From IMG/VR virus record IMGVR_UViG_3300047472_000309, positions 246,655 through 310,654 of that record: 64,000 bases of DNA. The stretch is one strand, 5' to 3'. The notes beneath the pieces are model-generated. The model was given only the letters and a program-made list of their open reading frames with translations, had not been told where the DNA came from and searched no databases. The translations under genes and the position numbers were made by a program. This document shows, in pieces, positions 46,136 to 55,117 of this stretch. Position 1 is the stretch's first letter. Every line of letters starts with the position of its first letter.

Positions 46136-47592
46136 GGTTTCTCCCAGATCACAAACGGATCGTTTTCTTCGTCATTGTGGGTAGCGTCCAGCGCAGCATT
46201 GAGCACCGCGTACAAATCAGCGGCGAGTGCCAGGCTGCGCGGCTGCGACTCTGCTACCAGCGGTGAAGTAAGTGCATCTGCATACGACGCGAAGTGACGC
46301 TTACCTTGGTAGGCTGATCCGAACAGCAGGTTATACTGGATCGACGTATTGCCGAACACTTCCACGTTAAAGAAGAGGCTGCCACCTTCCAAGCCCATGC
46401 GCCGCAGATCGGGGAAGATCTCCCGCTCCATAATGCCTTGCACATGCTGGATGCGCACCGCGATATCCGCAGTATCTGCAAAGCTGCGGTTCTTGACGAA
46501 TGTGAAGGTGAGCGGATCTTCTTGATCGTGATACGGAATGTCGACCTGGAACTGAGCGGTCGAGAATCCCATCGAGTGGAACAGCGCCGGGACAGTCTGA
46601 CCCAGATAGACGAGGGCTTGATTGGGCTGCTCGCTCACTGGGCTGTCTTCTTCAGGGCCCGTATACTCTTCGAAAGCCACGACCCCCTTATCCACTACGG
46701 CAGGCAGCACCCGCTGCAGGTCTTCCATGGTGAAGCGACCCTCGAACCGATCGCCTTGCGCTTGCGAGAGCGAGCGAAAGAACGGGTTGGTCGACAGCGC
46801 AGGCGGCTCCAGGTGAGTGCGCATCGTGTTGAAGATAAGATCGTTTTTCAACACCTCATCGGACACCGTGTCCTCACTCTCCAGTACCTTGAAGTAGCAC
46901 TGCATCAATTCGGCCAGAAAGCGCGAGGGCAAGACGTGACGACGATGCACATAGCGCGCCAAGGTAGTGACCATCCTGCGTGTATCGACGAGATCCTCCG
47001 TACCCGCAAAGTCAAAGGCGGAGAAGTTGGTGGCCACATCCGCCGGGCTCACGCGTGTTTCGCGCTTCGTCAAGTCGCCCGAAGCAAGCCCGGCGTCAAA
47101 GATCAGATGCTCAGCTGGTTCCAGACGACGATGAACGCGATCGCCGTCCACGGTCCTCGTGACCGACGCATGTTCCACCAAACACGAGTTCACGTAGAAG
47201 ACCACGTCCGACCAATCGATCCGCTCGGCACGCCGCGCGGGCATGCGGTTGGTGTAGCCTGCGATGTGGTAGATAGAATTCACGCCGATGGGCGACACAT
47301 ACTCCACGGCGAGCACGAAAGAAAGCCGTTGCGCTTCCCAGCCACCGTCGATGTCGCGCGCAGGCAACATCTCCCTGGCGTAGCTGAGCAGCCCACCCAG
47401 CTCACAGGCGACCGAACGGGCGGTGATGCGCGTGCCGTCGCGCTCGTCCATGAACTTCTTCACCCGCGCGATGGACTCCGGTGTCGCTTCACAGACGAGC
47501 TGAGGGCGTTGTTGCGCTTTCACGCCATTGACGGTGTGCAGGACGAAGGCACGCAGCGCGTAGGCACCATGCGGTGATTCTTTACCAAACAT
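46123..47592 (-). CDS. Second, divergent PicA/Imp1-family (phage nuclear import factor) paralog
   Basis: Full-length collinear motif matches to 56509..58038. Confidence 0.75.
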   Translation of the reverse strand: MFGKESPHGAYALRAFVLHTVNGVKAQQRPQLVCEATPESIARVKKFMDERDGTRITARSVACELGGLLSYAREMLPARDIDGGWEAQRLSFVLAVEYVSPIGVNSIYHIAGYTNRMPARRAERIDWSDVVFYVNSCLVEHASVTRTVDGDRVHRRLEPAEHLIFDAGLASGDLTKRETRVSPADVATNFSAFDFAGTEDLVDTRRMVTTLARYVHRRHVLPSRFLAELMQCYFKVLESEDTVSDEVLKNDLIFNTMRTHLEPPALSTNPFFRSLSQAQGDRFEGRFTMEDLQRVLPAVVDKGVVAFEEYTGPEEDSPVSEQPNQALVYLGQTVPALFHSMGFSTAQFQVDIPYHDQEDPLTFTFVKNRSFADTADIAVRIQHVQGIMEREIFPDLRRMGLEGGSLFFNVEVFGNTSIQYNLLFGSAYQGKRHFASYADALTSPLVAESQPRSLALAADLYAVLNAALDATHNDEENDPFVIWEKPWLK

Positions 47593-47624
47593 TGTAATCT
47601 CCTGTTTTACTCTGGGGGTGGGGG

Positions 47625-48155
47625 TTAGGACACAGCGTGCAAAAGCCGCACCACTTCGTCGTAGGTTTCGTGGAGCGTGCGGTATTCATTGCCTTGCGTG
47701 AACTCCGAGACATGGTAAAACACACCGTCGTCTTGTTCAATCTGATGGGTTAGGATGCGCTCCATTTGGAACATCGCACTATCCTGACCCAATTCGTTGC
47801 ATAGGTAGGCCAGCCAGACCAGATCACCCAAGGTGAACGCGCCCTTATTCCAGCGGCGCACCGTGGCCATTTCGATTTGGCGCCCGATTGCCGAGCTCTT
47901 CCAGACGCGAGTGTTGGCCGCGACAATCTCGTACGCACGATCAAATGGATTGAACGCACCGCCGCGTTGACTGAAATCCGACTCCACCACCATGCGGTAG
48001 AAGTCATCGCATTCAAACGAGGCACTGCTACGCACGCGTTCGATCTGATGCAGGATCTGGATCGGGCCCTTGTGCTCGTTGTAGGTGAGGTCAAAGAAGT
48101 CGTTGAGCAGCAGGTCGACGTTGTGAGCGATTTGATCGAGGCGTTGTACAGTCAT
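47625..48155 (-). CDS. Hypothetical protein
   Basis: 176 aa; ATGA overlap with the upstream gene. Confidence 0.65.
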   Translation of the reverse strand: MTVQRLDQIAHNVDLLLNDFFDLTYNEHKGPIQILHQIERVRSSASFECDDFYRMVVESDFSQRGGAFNPFDRAYEIVAANTRVWKSSAIGRQIEMATVRRWNKGAFTLGDLVWLAYLCNELGQDSAMFQMERILTHQIEQDDGVFYHVSEFTQGNEYRTLHETYDEVVRLLHAVS

Positions 48156-48559
48156 TGTTTCTCCTGGGTTTCTTCTTCAAAGTCTTCGAAGCGCAGGCTC
48201 GCAGGCGCTTCCGGGTTATTACCGTACAGCATGTTGAACATGCCGCGTTCATTGATCGTCAGAAAGCACACCGACGTCACTGGTTGTTCTTCGGTCTGCG
48301 GTTGAAACGCCACGCTCTCCCACAGGTAGCCAAACGCCGGGGTGGAACTACCTGCCACCTTGGCGTGACCCGGAATCAGACTGTTGGCCGAGCGCACGTC
48401 CTTGACCAGGTTATCACCGCCTGCCATGATGATCACTGACTCCAGGAACATGCTCAGCTTCTTGCGCAACGGATTGCTCGAGGCTTTGCGCTTGAGCAAC
48501 TCGATGAAGATGTTCGGATTCGCTTCCGCGATGCGCTTATGTTCCAGCAGATTCGCCAT
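48152..48559 (-). CDS. Hypothetical protein
   Basis: 135 aa; SD AAGGA. Confidence 0.65.
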   Translation of the reverse strand: MANLLEHKRIAEANPNIFIELLKRKASSNPLRKKLSMFLESVIIMAGGDNLVKDVRSANSLIPGHAKVAGSSTPAFGYLWESVAFQPQTEEQPVTSVCFLTINERGMFNMLYGNNPEAPASLRFEDFEEETQEKQ

Positions 48560-48631
48560 ATCCGTTCCTTGATTTTAGGGCATAGGACCAGGAGTTTCCC
48601 CCTGGCCCCGTGCACGCATGTTGCTTTCTTA

Positions 48632-50164
48632 TTACACCAAAATTCCAATGTTATCGCTGCGGTACGAGACACACAGCGGCTCCATCAGGTTCTTGCGGTG
48701 ATTGTGGTACTCGACGTGTTTGTCGATGTCCTGACAGTTCGTCGTGATGAACACAGGGGTACGCCCATCCGGCAGCTTACGAAGCCGTCCTAGGCCCTGT
48801 ACGTTCGATTGGGAGGACTTTACCGCGGTAGTCAGGAGCGTATGCGTTAAGCCCGGAATGTCCACTGCGGTTCCCGCCGACATGAGCGTGGTGACCCGGA
48901 TGTCCGGATTCATCAGCATCTCGTACGGGTCCTCTTCCACATAGCGCCCCACTTCCAACTGCGGGTATTCCCGTGTCAACCACTTGGTGAACACCGTACA
49001 CATGTTGATCGAAGCCATGAAAATGATGAGCTTATCGCCCGGCTTGCGCTCTTTAATGTAGGTGGACCGAATGATCGTGTTGAGCAACTGGAAGTAGTTG
49101 GTCGTCGTCTGCTCGTTCTTCAGAATAAACTGCTCGAAGACGTTGTGCGAATAACGCTTACTGCCGTAGTCCGAACAACGGATCTTCTCCGGGTTCTTAA
49201 AACTAAAGAACACGGCGCGCCACGCGATGTACTTGTCGTACTCGGGTCCCTTATGGCGCTGGTGGCCCGGATAGGCAATCTCGTACATCTGGTTCTTGAA
49301 GTCGTCATCCGAAATCAAGGTGGCCGACAGCGAGACTGAATTCTCCACGTGGGTGTAGCAATCCATCTTGAAGTTACGATGGAAGTCCTGGTGCACCTCA
49401 TCGATAATCCGAGTCCCGACCTTCAGGTGCTCGTAGAACTGATGCGGCAGACAGGCGTAACCGGTCTCCAGCACTTCGGCGGCGACTTCCTCGTAGAGCT
49501 TGAGCCAATTGGCAAACGTGACGTTACTCACGATGATCCAGTAGTAGCTCGGCGTGACTTCCTGCGCGGCTAATTCCAGGAGCGCCATTAGCTCGGCTGA
49601 GCCTTGCGCCACAATCACGTCACTGACTTCCAGATCGAAGGTCTTGCGCAAGTCGATGAGCCACTTCTCAATGTACATCGGCTTGATCATCAGGAGCCCG
49701 ATGCGACGCCGCTTATACTGCGCGTACATCGCCGTGACGGACTTACCCTTACCCGTTTGAAACTCCACCAGTTTGTTAACGATGCCCGGTGTGTTGATGT
49801 ACTCGATCGCCTCTTCCTGGTAATCACGCGGGGTGATTCCGTCTTTGAGCGGCATGTCGACTTCGGGCAACTGGATAAAGGGCGCAACCGTCCATTCTAC
49901 CAACTCATTGCGCAGGTAGTGGAAGTCCAGATGTTCCCTGAACTGCTTCAACAAGTTAATGTGGAACCGGTACTCCTCGCGATCCTTGGTGGCGGCCGCA
50001 TAGACCCGGTCAGCGACCTTGTGCCAACGGTTGCTACGCGGGATCTTCTCCAGTTTGTATTCGACATACTTCCCGGCGAACTTGTTCAGCGCCTCTCGGG
50101 CGCGCGTGGTCATCCGCGTGCACGCGAAATGGTGCGAAAAGATTTCGACATGAAGATCAGCCAT
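48632..50164 (-). CDS. SF2 (UvsW/RAD25-like) helicase (phiKZ gp75-like)
   Basis: PRDYQ, QTGKGKS Walker A, IIDEVH, SLSAT, GTAVDIPGL, QGLGRLR. Confidence 0.9.
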   Translation of the reverse strand: MADLHVEIFSHHFACTRMTTRAREALNKFAGKYVEYKLEKIPRSNRWHKVADRVYAAATKDREEYRFHINLLKQFREHLDFHYLRNELVEWTVAPFIQLPEVDMPLKDGITPRDYQEEAIEYINTPGIVNKLVEFQTGKGKSVTAMYAQYKRRRIGLLMIKPMYIEKWLIDLRKTFDLEVSDVIVAQGSAELMALLELAAQEVTPSYYWIIVSNVTFANWLKLYEEVAAEVLETGYACLPHQFYEHLKVGTRIIDEVHQDFHRNFKMDCYTHVENSVSLSATLISDDDFKNQMYEIAYPGHQRHKGPEYDKYIAWRAVFFSFKNPEKIRCSDYGSKRYSHNVFEQFILKNEQTTTNYFQLLNTIIRSTYIKERKPGDKLIIFMASINMCTVFTKWLTREYPQLEVGRYVEEDPYEMLMNPDIRVTTLMSAGTAVDIPGLTHTLLTTAVKSSQSNVQGLGRLRKLPDGRTPVFITTNCQDIDKHVEYHNHRKNLMEPLCVSYRSDNIGILV

Positions 50165-50248
50165 GCTAAAGCCTATGGTTGGTTTTGAATCTCGAACACA
50201 GACTGCCGTACTGCTGCCCCACCCACCGAAGTGAGCGGGGCGTCTGGC

Positions 50249-52279
50249 TTAACCCATCCCGAGTACTTCGACGGGGCAAATCAATGCGTCCATCGGGTGA
50301 TCCGGGCGGTTCTTCTTCGTGTAGCTTTCCGGCGAGATGAACACGTCGTAGTGGCCTTCGTACGCCATCGTTGCCGAGAGCGAGCGTCGATCCATGGTCA
50401 TGTCCATCACCCCCAAACCGCGATCCGTCCACGGCTTCGGCAGACGATAGTCATCTTCTTCTGCGCTGATGATCATCGCCCCGTACAGCACGACTTCCAG
50501 CACCGCCAGATTCACGGTGAGTTTATCGTTCACGAGGTTGTACAGCTCGACCAAGAATGCGTCGGGTGACACATCCTTATCCCGTGCTTCCATCTGCTTC
50601 TTACTCGACTCCAGCATCGAGGCGATGTCTTTCGAGTGATCGCTCATGTTGAAGTGAATCAGCGGCAGCGTCATCACGGGCTCATTCCAATCCCAACCGG
50701 TCATGTCAATGACGTAGTCGTTATTGGCATTGAAGTCCCAGCGCACCTTGCGGATATGGCGCAGCATCGGATAGGTCAGCGACGCGAGACGCCGATCCTT
50801 GGAGGTATTGACACGCTCCGGATCGAACTCCACATTGCCTTCTTTCACCTGCACGGCGATTTCCCGCATCTCCGAGACTTGCCGGATGTTCAGGTCATCG
50901 ATGCTGTGGTTGGCCAACACGTCGGTAATGTTCGGGGCGAACATCGCCGGAATGATCAGCTTTACCGTCTTGCCCTTGAGTCGATCGGTGAGCAGATACG
51001 ACATGCCATCGGCACTGATCTTGAAGAACTTCTTCTCCTCAGGCGTCAAGCTTGCCGGTTCTACTGCGGCCGAACTATCCAAGTGCTTCACTGACAGCAC
51101 CGACTGCGAGGACTTCTGCGTCATCGAGGTACAACACATGTGACCCAAGTTGGTCCGATCGTCCAGTACGGACAGGCTGAGTTCACCGAAACAGGTGGCA
51201 CACACCCCATACGGATCAGGATGCGCGCAGTGAATCACCGAGCGCAGCCGAATACTCTTGCCGATCAGATGCTCTTGGTCGTGCTGGTCGCCGCGAATCA
51301 CCCGCAGCCCGCCGGTCTTCTCGTCGATATAAAACTTGCCGACGAGCAGGGGCAGGTCACCACCGAAGACTTCATCGCCTTCCTCGTTCACTTCCTTGCC
51401 CCGCACTTGCCAGCGCAGGGTTTCGGTCGTGCCGCAGTCGCAATTCTGGTGCAAGTTACGCACCGTCTGACACATCAGCTGCAAGCGGCGGGAGAAATAC
51501 TCCGCTTCCTGCAACGGCGACTTCGAGAACTGCAATGCCTTCGCCGCCGAGCGCGACTCAATCACCGAGTCGTACAGACTGCGAATGCCTTCGACATAAC
51601 CCGGAATGATCGGATAGCGGAACTGGTCCGAATCGATGTCGGTCAGATAGCCGCGCGGCCCAATTGACTGTTGCACCTGGTTGGCGTTGACCAGCTTGGA
51701 GCGCAGTGCCAACGACACCGCATTCATGGGCAGGTCTTGGCCATTGCCGAGCACATCGTCGATGACACCGTAGGCTTCCTTGATCATGCGACCGCCTTCG
51801 TCCGGGGTCTTGTTGACCGCGTCCTTGACCTTTTCCTTCATCGCAATGATCTTCGGATGATCGAGCACTTCCATCCAGTCCAAGATGTCCATCGAGCCCA
51901 CATCGGCTTCGCACCGATAGCTCATCTCGTTGTAGATGATGTTGTTCAGCTGATAAATCCGCTGCGCCAACACATCGCGCCCGACCGCGTCGCCGTAGAT
52001 CTCATAGACCGACCACATGCAGTTGCCCAACAGGTCGAGCGGCGTGCTCGCACTGTAGCGCTTCTTGCCCAACACCGCGTCGATATGGTGATGCTTGAGC
52101 AGCGGGGTTTTGCCCCACTGCCGATGAAACTCCCACGCATACGACGAGATCACCGTTTTGCGCCAGTTGGTTTCCAACTCCTGGTTGTCGTCGAAGATCA
52201 GGATGAACCGCCCCGTGAGTGTCTCCCACAGGTCATCGGTGGTCATCGCGAGCAACTTCCTGGCCCGGATCTTAATCAT
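50249..52279 (-). CDS. Non-virion RNA polymerase beta-prime subunit, C-terminal part (phiKZ gp74-like)
   Basis: QVQQSIGPRGY, EYFSRRL, DCGT, RSVIHC..GVCATCFG, QSVLSVKH. Confidence 0.9.
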   Translation of the reverse strand: MIKIRARKLLAMTTDDLWETLTGRFILIFDDNQELETNWRKTVISSYAWEFHRQWGKTPLLKHHHIDAVLGKKRYSASTPLDLLGNCMWSVYEIYGDAVGRDVLAQRIYQLNNIIYNEMSYRCEADVGSMDILDWMEVLDHPKIIAMKEKVKDAVNKTPDEGGRMIKEAYGVIDDVLGNGQDLPMNAVSLALRSKLVNANQVQQSIGPRGYLTDIDSDQFRYPIIPGYVEGIRSLYDSVIESRSAAKALQFSKSPLQEAEYFSRRLQLMCQTVRNLHQNCDCGTTETLRWQVRGKEVNEEGDEVFGGDLPLLVGKFYIDEKTGGLRVIRGDQHDQEHLIGKSIRLRSVIHCAHPDPYGVCATCFGELSLSVLDDRTNLGHMCCTSMTQKSSQSVLSVKHLDSSAAVEPASLTPEEKKFFKISADGMSYLLTDRLKGKTVKLIIPAMFAPNITDVLANHSIDDLNIRQVSEMREIAVQVKEGNVEFDPERVNTSKDRRLASLTYPMLRHIRKVRWDFNANNDYVIDMTGWDWNEPVMTLPLIHFNMSDHSKDIASMLESSKKQMEARDKDVSPDAFLVELYNLVNDKLTVNLAVLEVVLYGAMIISAEEDDYRLPKPWTDRGLGVMDMTMDRRSLSATMAYEGHYDVFISPESYTKKNRPDHPMDALICPVEVLGMG

Positions 52280-52308
52280 GGCATCCTCCTTGTTTCATGA
52301 TCCGTTAA

Positions 52309-54534
52309 TTAAGCAGCCAGTTTCTGGCGCGGCGTGTAACCTTGTTCGGCCTGCTCGTAGACAAACTTCCAGCCGCCGCATTGCGCGACGTGCCGTACGA
52401 GTTGGAGCGGCTTGGAACCACCCAGTGGCACAATGCTGCGATCGACCACCTTCTCGATGCCGGTGGGCTTGTCAGCCCGCAAGATTTGCTCGAGGATATG
52501 CTTGTGGGTAAACGGATTGTTGTTGCGATCCAGAATATCGGCCGTGATACGTGCGCCTGCATACGACACGGCAATCCGGACTTCCGCTTCGCCCCAAGCT
52601 CGAATCGCCTGCGTACGCGTGGGGGCTGCATACTTGTCGGCATTGGTGACCTGAGAGAGCACCCCAAAATGCTGGAGCTTACCCGAGGACACCGCGGTCC
52701 AGTCATCGGCGATCTTTTCCAGGATGATGATGTAGACCGATGCAATCCGTACTGGCTTCTTGGTCACCACCTTCTTGCCTGAGTTGCCGGTATACGCGAC
52801 CGGACCATACACAGGCGGATACTGCTCCTGGATCGCCCGCACCATCGGGATATACGCCGGGTCGTTTTCCGGTGGCATGAAGAGCTGCAAGCCATCTGCA
52901 TTCTCGATCGTGCCGTCGTGGTGCTTGATGATGTGGATCACACTGGCCAAGTGCTCGACCCGTGGGCGCGTGTACGAGCCCGTCATGAACCAGCTATGTT
53001 GCAACGGGCTCACGATGGCATAGTAGCCCATCAGGTACTCCCAGACTTCGTCGATCAGCTGCGGCTGTTCGATTTCCATCTGCGCAAGCTTCTTCGTGAG
53101 CATGTACTCCGGGTCGGTACGATCCACCCCGAGCTTCGCCACGATGCGCTTCATCACGTCGCGCGAGGCCGCATTGATGTAGGGCTCGTACAGACGACCG
53201 TAGTTCATGCGGTTCACGGTGGACTCACCCGAAACGATGATGTCCGCACGATTGCCATGCTCGTCGATCGGCATTTCATGCGGTTCGCAGATCTTGCAGA
53301 TCACACCCTTGCCGCCGAAGCAGTCCGTCAGCTTAAAGCCGATGGTCGGGGTGATTTCATACTCGATCACGAATTCCACTCGCCAATCATCGAGCGGGGC
53401 CTGACGATAGAGCTTCTTGATGGATTCGCTCGGGCTGGCACTGTTCTTGCCGACCACGCTGAGCGCTTCCACCACCAACCGGTGAAACTCCGGCGACAGG
53501 CGCGGCTTGCCATCCGCATACTTCGACTTCTGCGAGTTATACAGCTGGATGATTTCCTGATAGAACTCGCGGCGTGCGCGGTCATAGCGGGAAGGCTGCG
53601 TATCCATGCCTTCAGGCACATTAGTGTTCTGGTTATTCGCATCGTGATGCACGCGAATATCCACCACCTTGCCACCCGTAGGCACATAGGTCGCCTTGTC
53701 GAACGTGAAGTCCGGCCGCCGCAACGCTGCGGCCGACTGTTCCACCACCGCCAGACTTTCATCGTAGCTGCGCAGCATCATCAGCAGCCCGTCTTCGCGC
53801 ACCATCTCGCCGATGTCCGGAAACGACTTATACTTCTTATAGTCGCCGTACAAGTTCAGCGGAAAGCGCTTGCTGCCCCACTCGACCACGCGGGTTTCGT
53901 ACGTCTTGAAGCTGAAGCGATCGAGCACATCGCGCGAAATCACGATGCCGTCCTCAGCCACACCCGGAATGGACATGTACGCCACGTTACACTGCACGCC
54001 GTACTTGTAGTCACCGTCCGCAGTCACAGACGGGGAATCCAAGAACACCTCACCTTCTTGGATTTCCGCGCCTTGCACGAGCTTACTGCGCGCCGGACGA
54101 CTCACAAACGGAAAACCGAAATACTGATGCTGTGAGCAAAAGCGCGGCATGTTAATCATGCCAATTTCGCTGCCGCCTTCGGTGGTTTTGAAAATCACCA
54201 CTTGTTGCGGATTTTGCCACTGGTCCTGAATGATCGAATCCGCGCCGTAGCTGGTCCGATACCGATCGATCACTTTCAACACCTGGCCCGTCTTGGGCAT
54301 TTTCACGTTCCAGGTATACTTGCCGAACTCACGTTCCATGCCGGTCTGACAGTAACGTGGCGTGGCTCCCTTCACCACCAGCGTCTGACCGATGTGGCTG
54401 GAGAACATCTGCTCCCGCGAAGCAGAGTTGGCCCCTTTCCACGGATTCAACCCACACACACCCAGCAGCTGCCGCAGAAGCTGATTAGGTTCCGGAAGCG
54501 GTTCATAGACCTTCCGTGCTGAATGAACGTTCAT
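52309..54534 (-). CDS. Non-virion RNA polymerase beta subunit, C-terminal part (phiKZ gp71/73-like, uninterrupted)
   Basis: SASREQMFSSH, AEDGIVIS, GFKLTDCFGGKGVI, RMNYGRLYE, RAWGEAE; start MNVHS. Confidence 0.9.
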   Translation of the reverse strand: MNVHSARKVYEPLPEPNQLLRQLLGVCGLNPWKGANSASREQMFSSHIGQTLVVKGATPRYCQTGMEREFGKYTWNVKMPKTGQVLKVIDRYRTSYGADSIIQDQWQNPQQVVIFKTTEGGSEIGMINMPRFCSQHQYFGFPFVSRPARSKLVQGAEIQEGEVFLDSPSVTADGDYKYGVQCNVAYMSIPGVAEDGIVISRDVLDRFSFKTYETRVVEWGSKRFPLNLYGDYKKYKSFPDIGEMVREDGLLMMLRSYDESLAVVEQSAAALRRPDFTFDKATYVPTGGKVVDIRVHHDANNQNTNVPEGMDTQPSRYDRARREFYQEIIQLYNSQKSKYADGKPRLSPEFHRLVVEALSVVGKNSASPSESIKKLYRQAPLDDWRVEFVIEYEITPTIGFKLTDCFGGKGVICKICEPHEMPIDEHGNRADIIVSGESTVNRMNYGRLYEPYINAASRDVMKRIVAKLGVDRTDPEYMLTKKLAQMEIEQPQLIDEVWEYLMGYYAIVSPLQHSWFMTGSYTRPRVEHLASVIHIIKHHDGTIENADGLQLFMPPENDPAYIPMVRAIQEQYPPVYGPVAYTGNSGKKVVTKKPVRIASVYIIILEKIADDWTAVSSGKLQHFGVLSQVTNADKYAAPTRTQAIRAWGEAEVRIAVSYAGARITADILDRNNNPFTHKHILEQILRADKPTGIEKVVDRSIVPLGGSKPLQLVRHVAQCGGWKFVYEQAEQGYTPRQKLAA

Positions 54535-54640
54535 CTCGTACCTTTCCTTGTTGTAACGACCTACGCTATTACCCCGTCTGACTTCCACTAATGCACTCTT
54601 GCAATGCATTCGCAGAAATCATTTGAGGCTCTTCGTATTA

Positions 54641-54648
54641 GTAATATA
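54641..54648 (-). promoter_or_regulatory. Early promoter TATATTAC upstream of the non-virion RNAP beta gene
   Basis: Exact match. Confidence 0.75.
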
Positions 54649-54675
54649 TGTTTGACTTTATTTAGGTGGAATACG

Positions 54676-55014
54676 ATGGATATTAACAAGTATTCGATTG
54701 GGCTGGATAACCTGGATTACTACAATCCGGGTTTTCGACGGGTCTTAGAAGACCACTTCTCCCTGTTGAAAACACTCGCCTCAACCAAGGCGGTGCCAAT
54801 TGATGGGTATCTCGCAGTGCGTTACGAGTATGACTTCTATGGCTTGATGCAGCAGCAAAATGTGCCTCATCAGCTCCATTGGTTGGTGATGCGCTTGTCG
54901 GGCTATACCTCGCCGGATCAAATGACGCAGGATTTGCAGTCGTACTACCTGCCGGACCCGAACTATGTGGAGTCGCTGCGCTCGGTCTGGAATGCCAAAT
55001 CGGGCGTAAAGTGA
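54676..55014 (+). CDS. Small conserved protein, possibly a T4 gp53/LysM-like baseplate wedge component
   Basis: Start MDINKY, SD AGGTGG; RYEYDFYGL..WLVMRLSGY.SP..LPD. Confidence 0.55.
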   Translation: MDINKYSIGLDNLDYYNPGFRRVLEDHFSLLKTLASTKAVPIDGYLAVRYEYDFYGLMQQQNVPHQLHWLVMRLSGYTSPDQMTQDLQSYYLPDPNYVESLRSVWNAKSGVK

Positions 55015-55045
55015 GGCAGAGTCGCTATAGATGACTCCCTGGAAT

Positions 55046-55100
55046 AAAAAAAGAAGATCGGTAAACAGCAGAGGGCCGAAGCCCTCTGCTGCTATGCCGT
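55046..55100. terminator. Bidirectional terminator
   Basis: CAGCAGAGGGC-CGAA-GCCCTCTGCTG followed by CTATGCCG on the plus strand; A7 at 55046-55052. Confidence 0.75.
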
Positions 55101-55117
55101 TGAGGACTGCGTCCTAC

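Noticed and set aside
50249-54534. Intron or intein in the non-virion RNAP subunits (phiKZ gp71/73 is intron-split)
   Set aside because: Both frames are continuous, with ordinary lengths and no intein or endonuclease motifs
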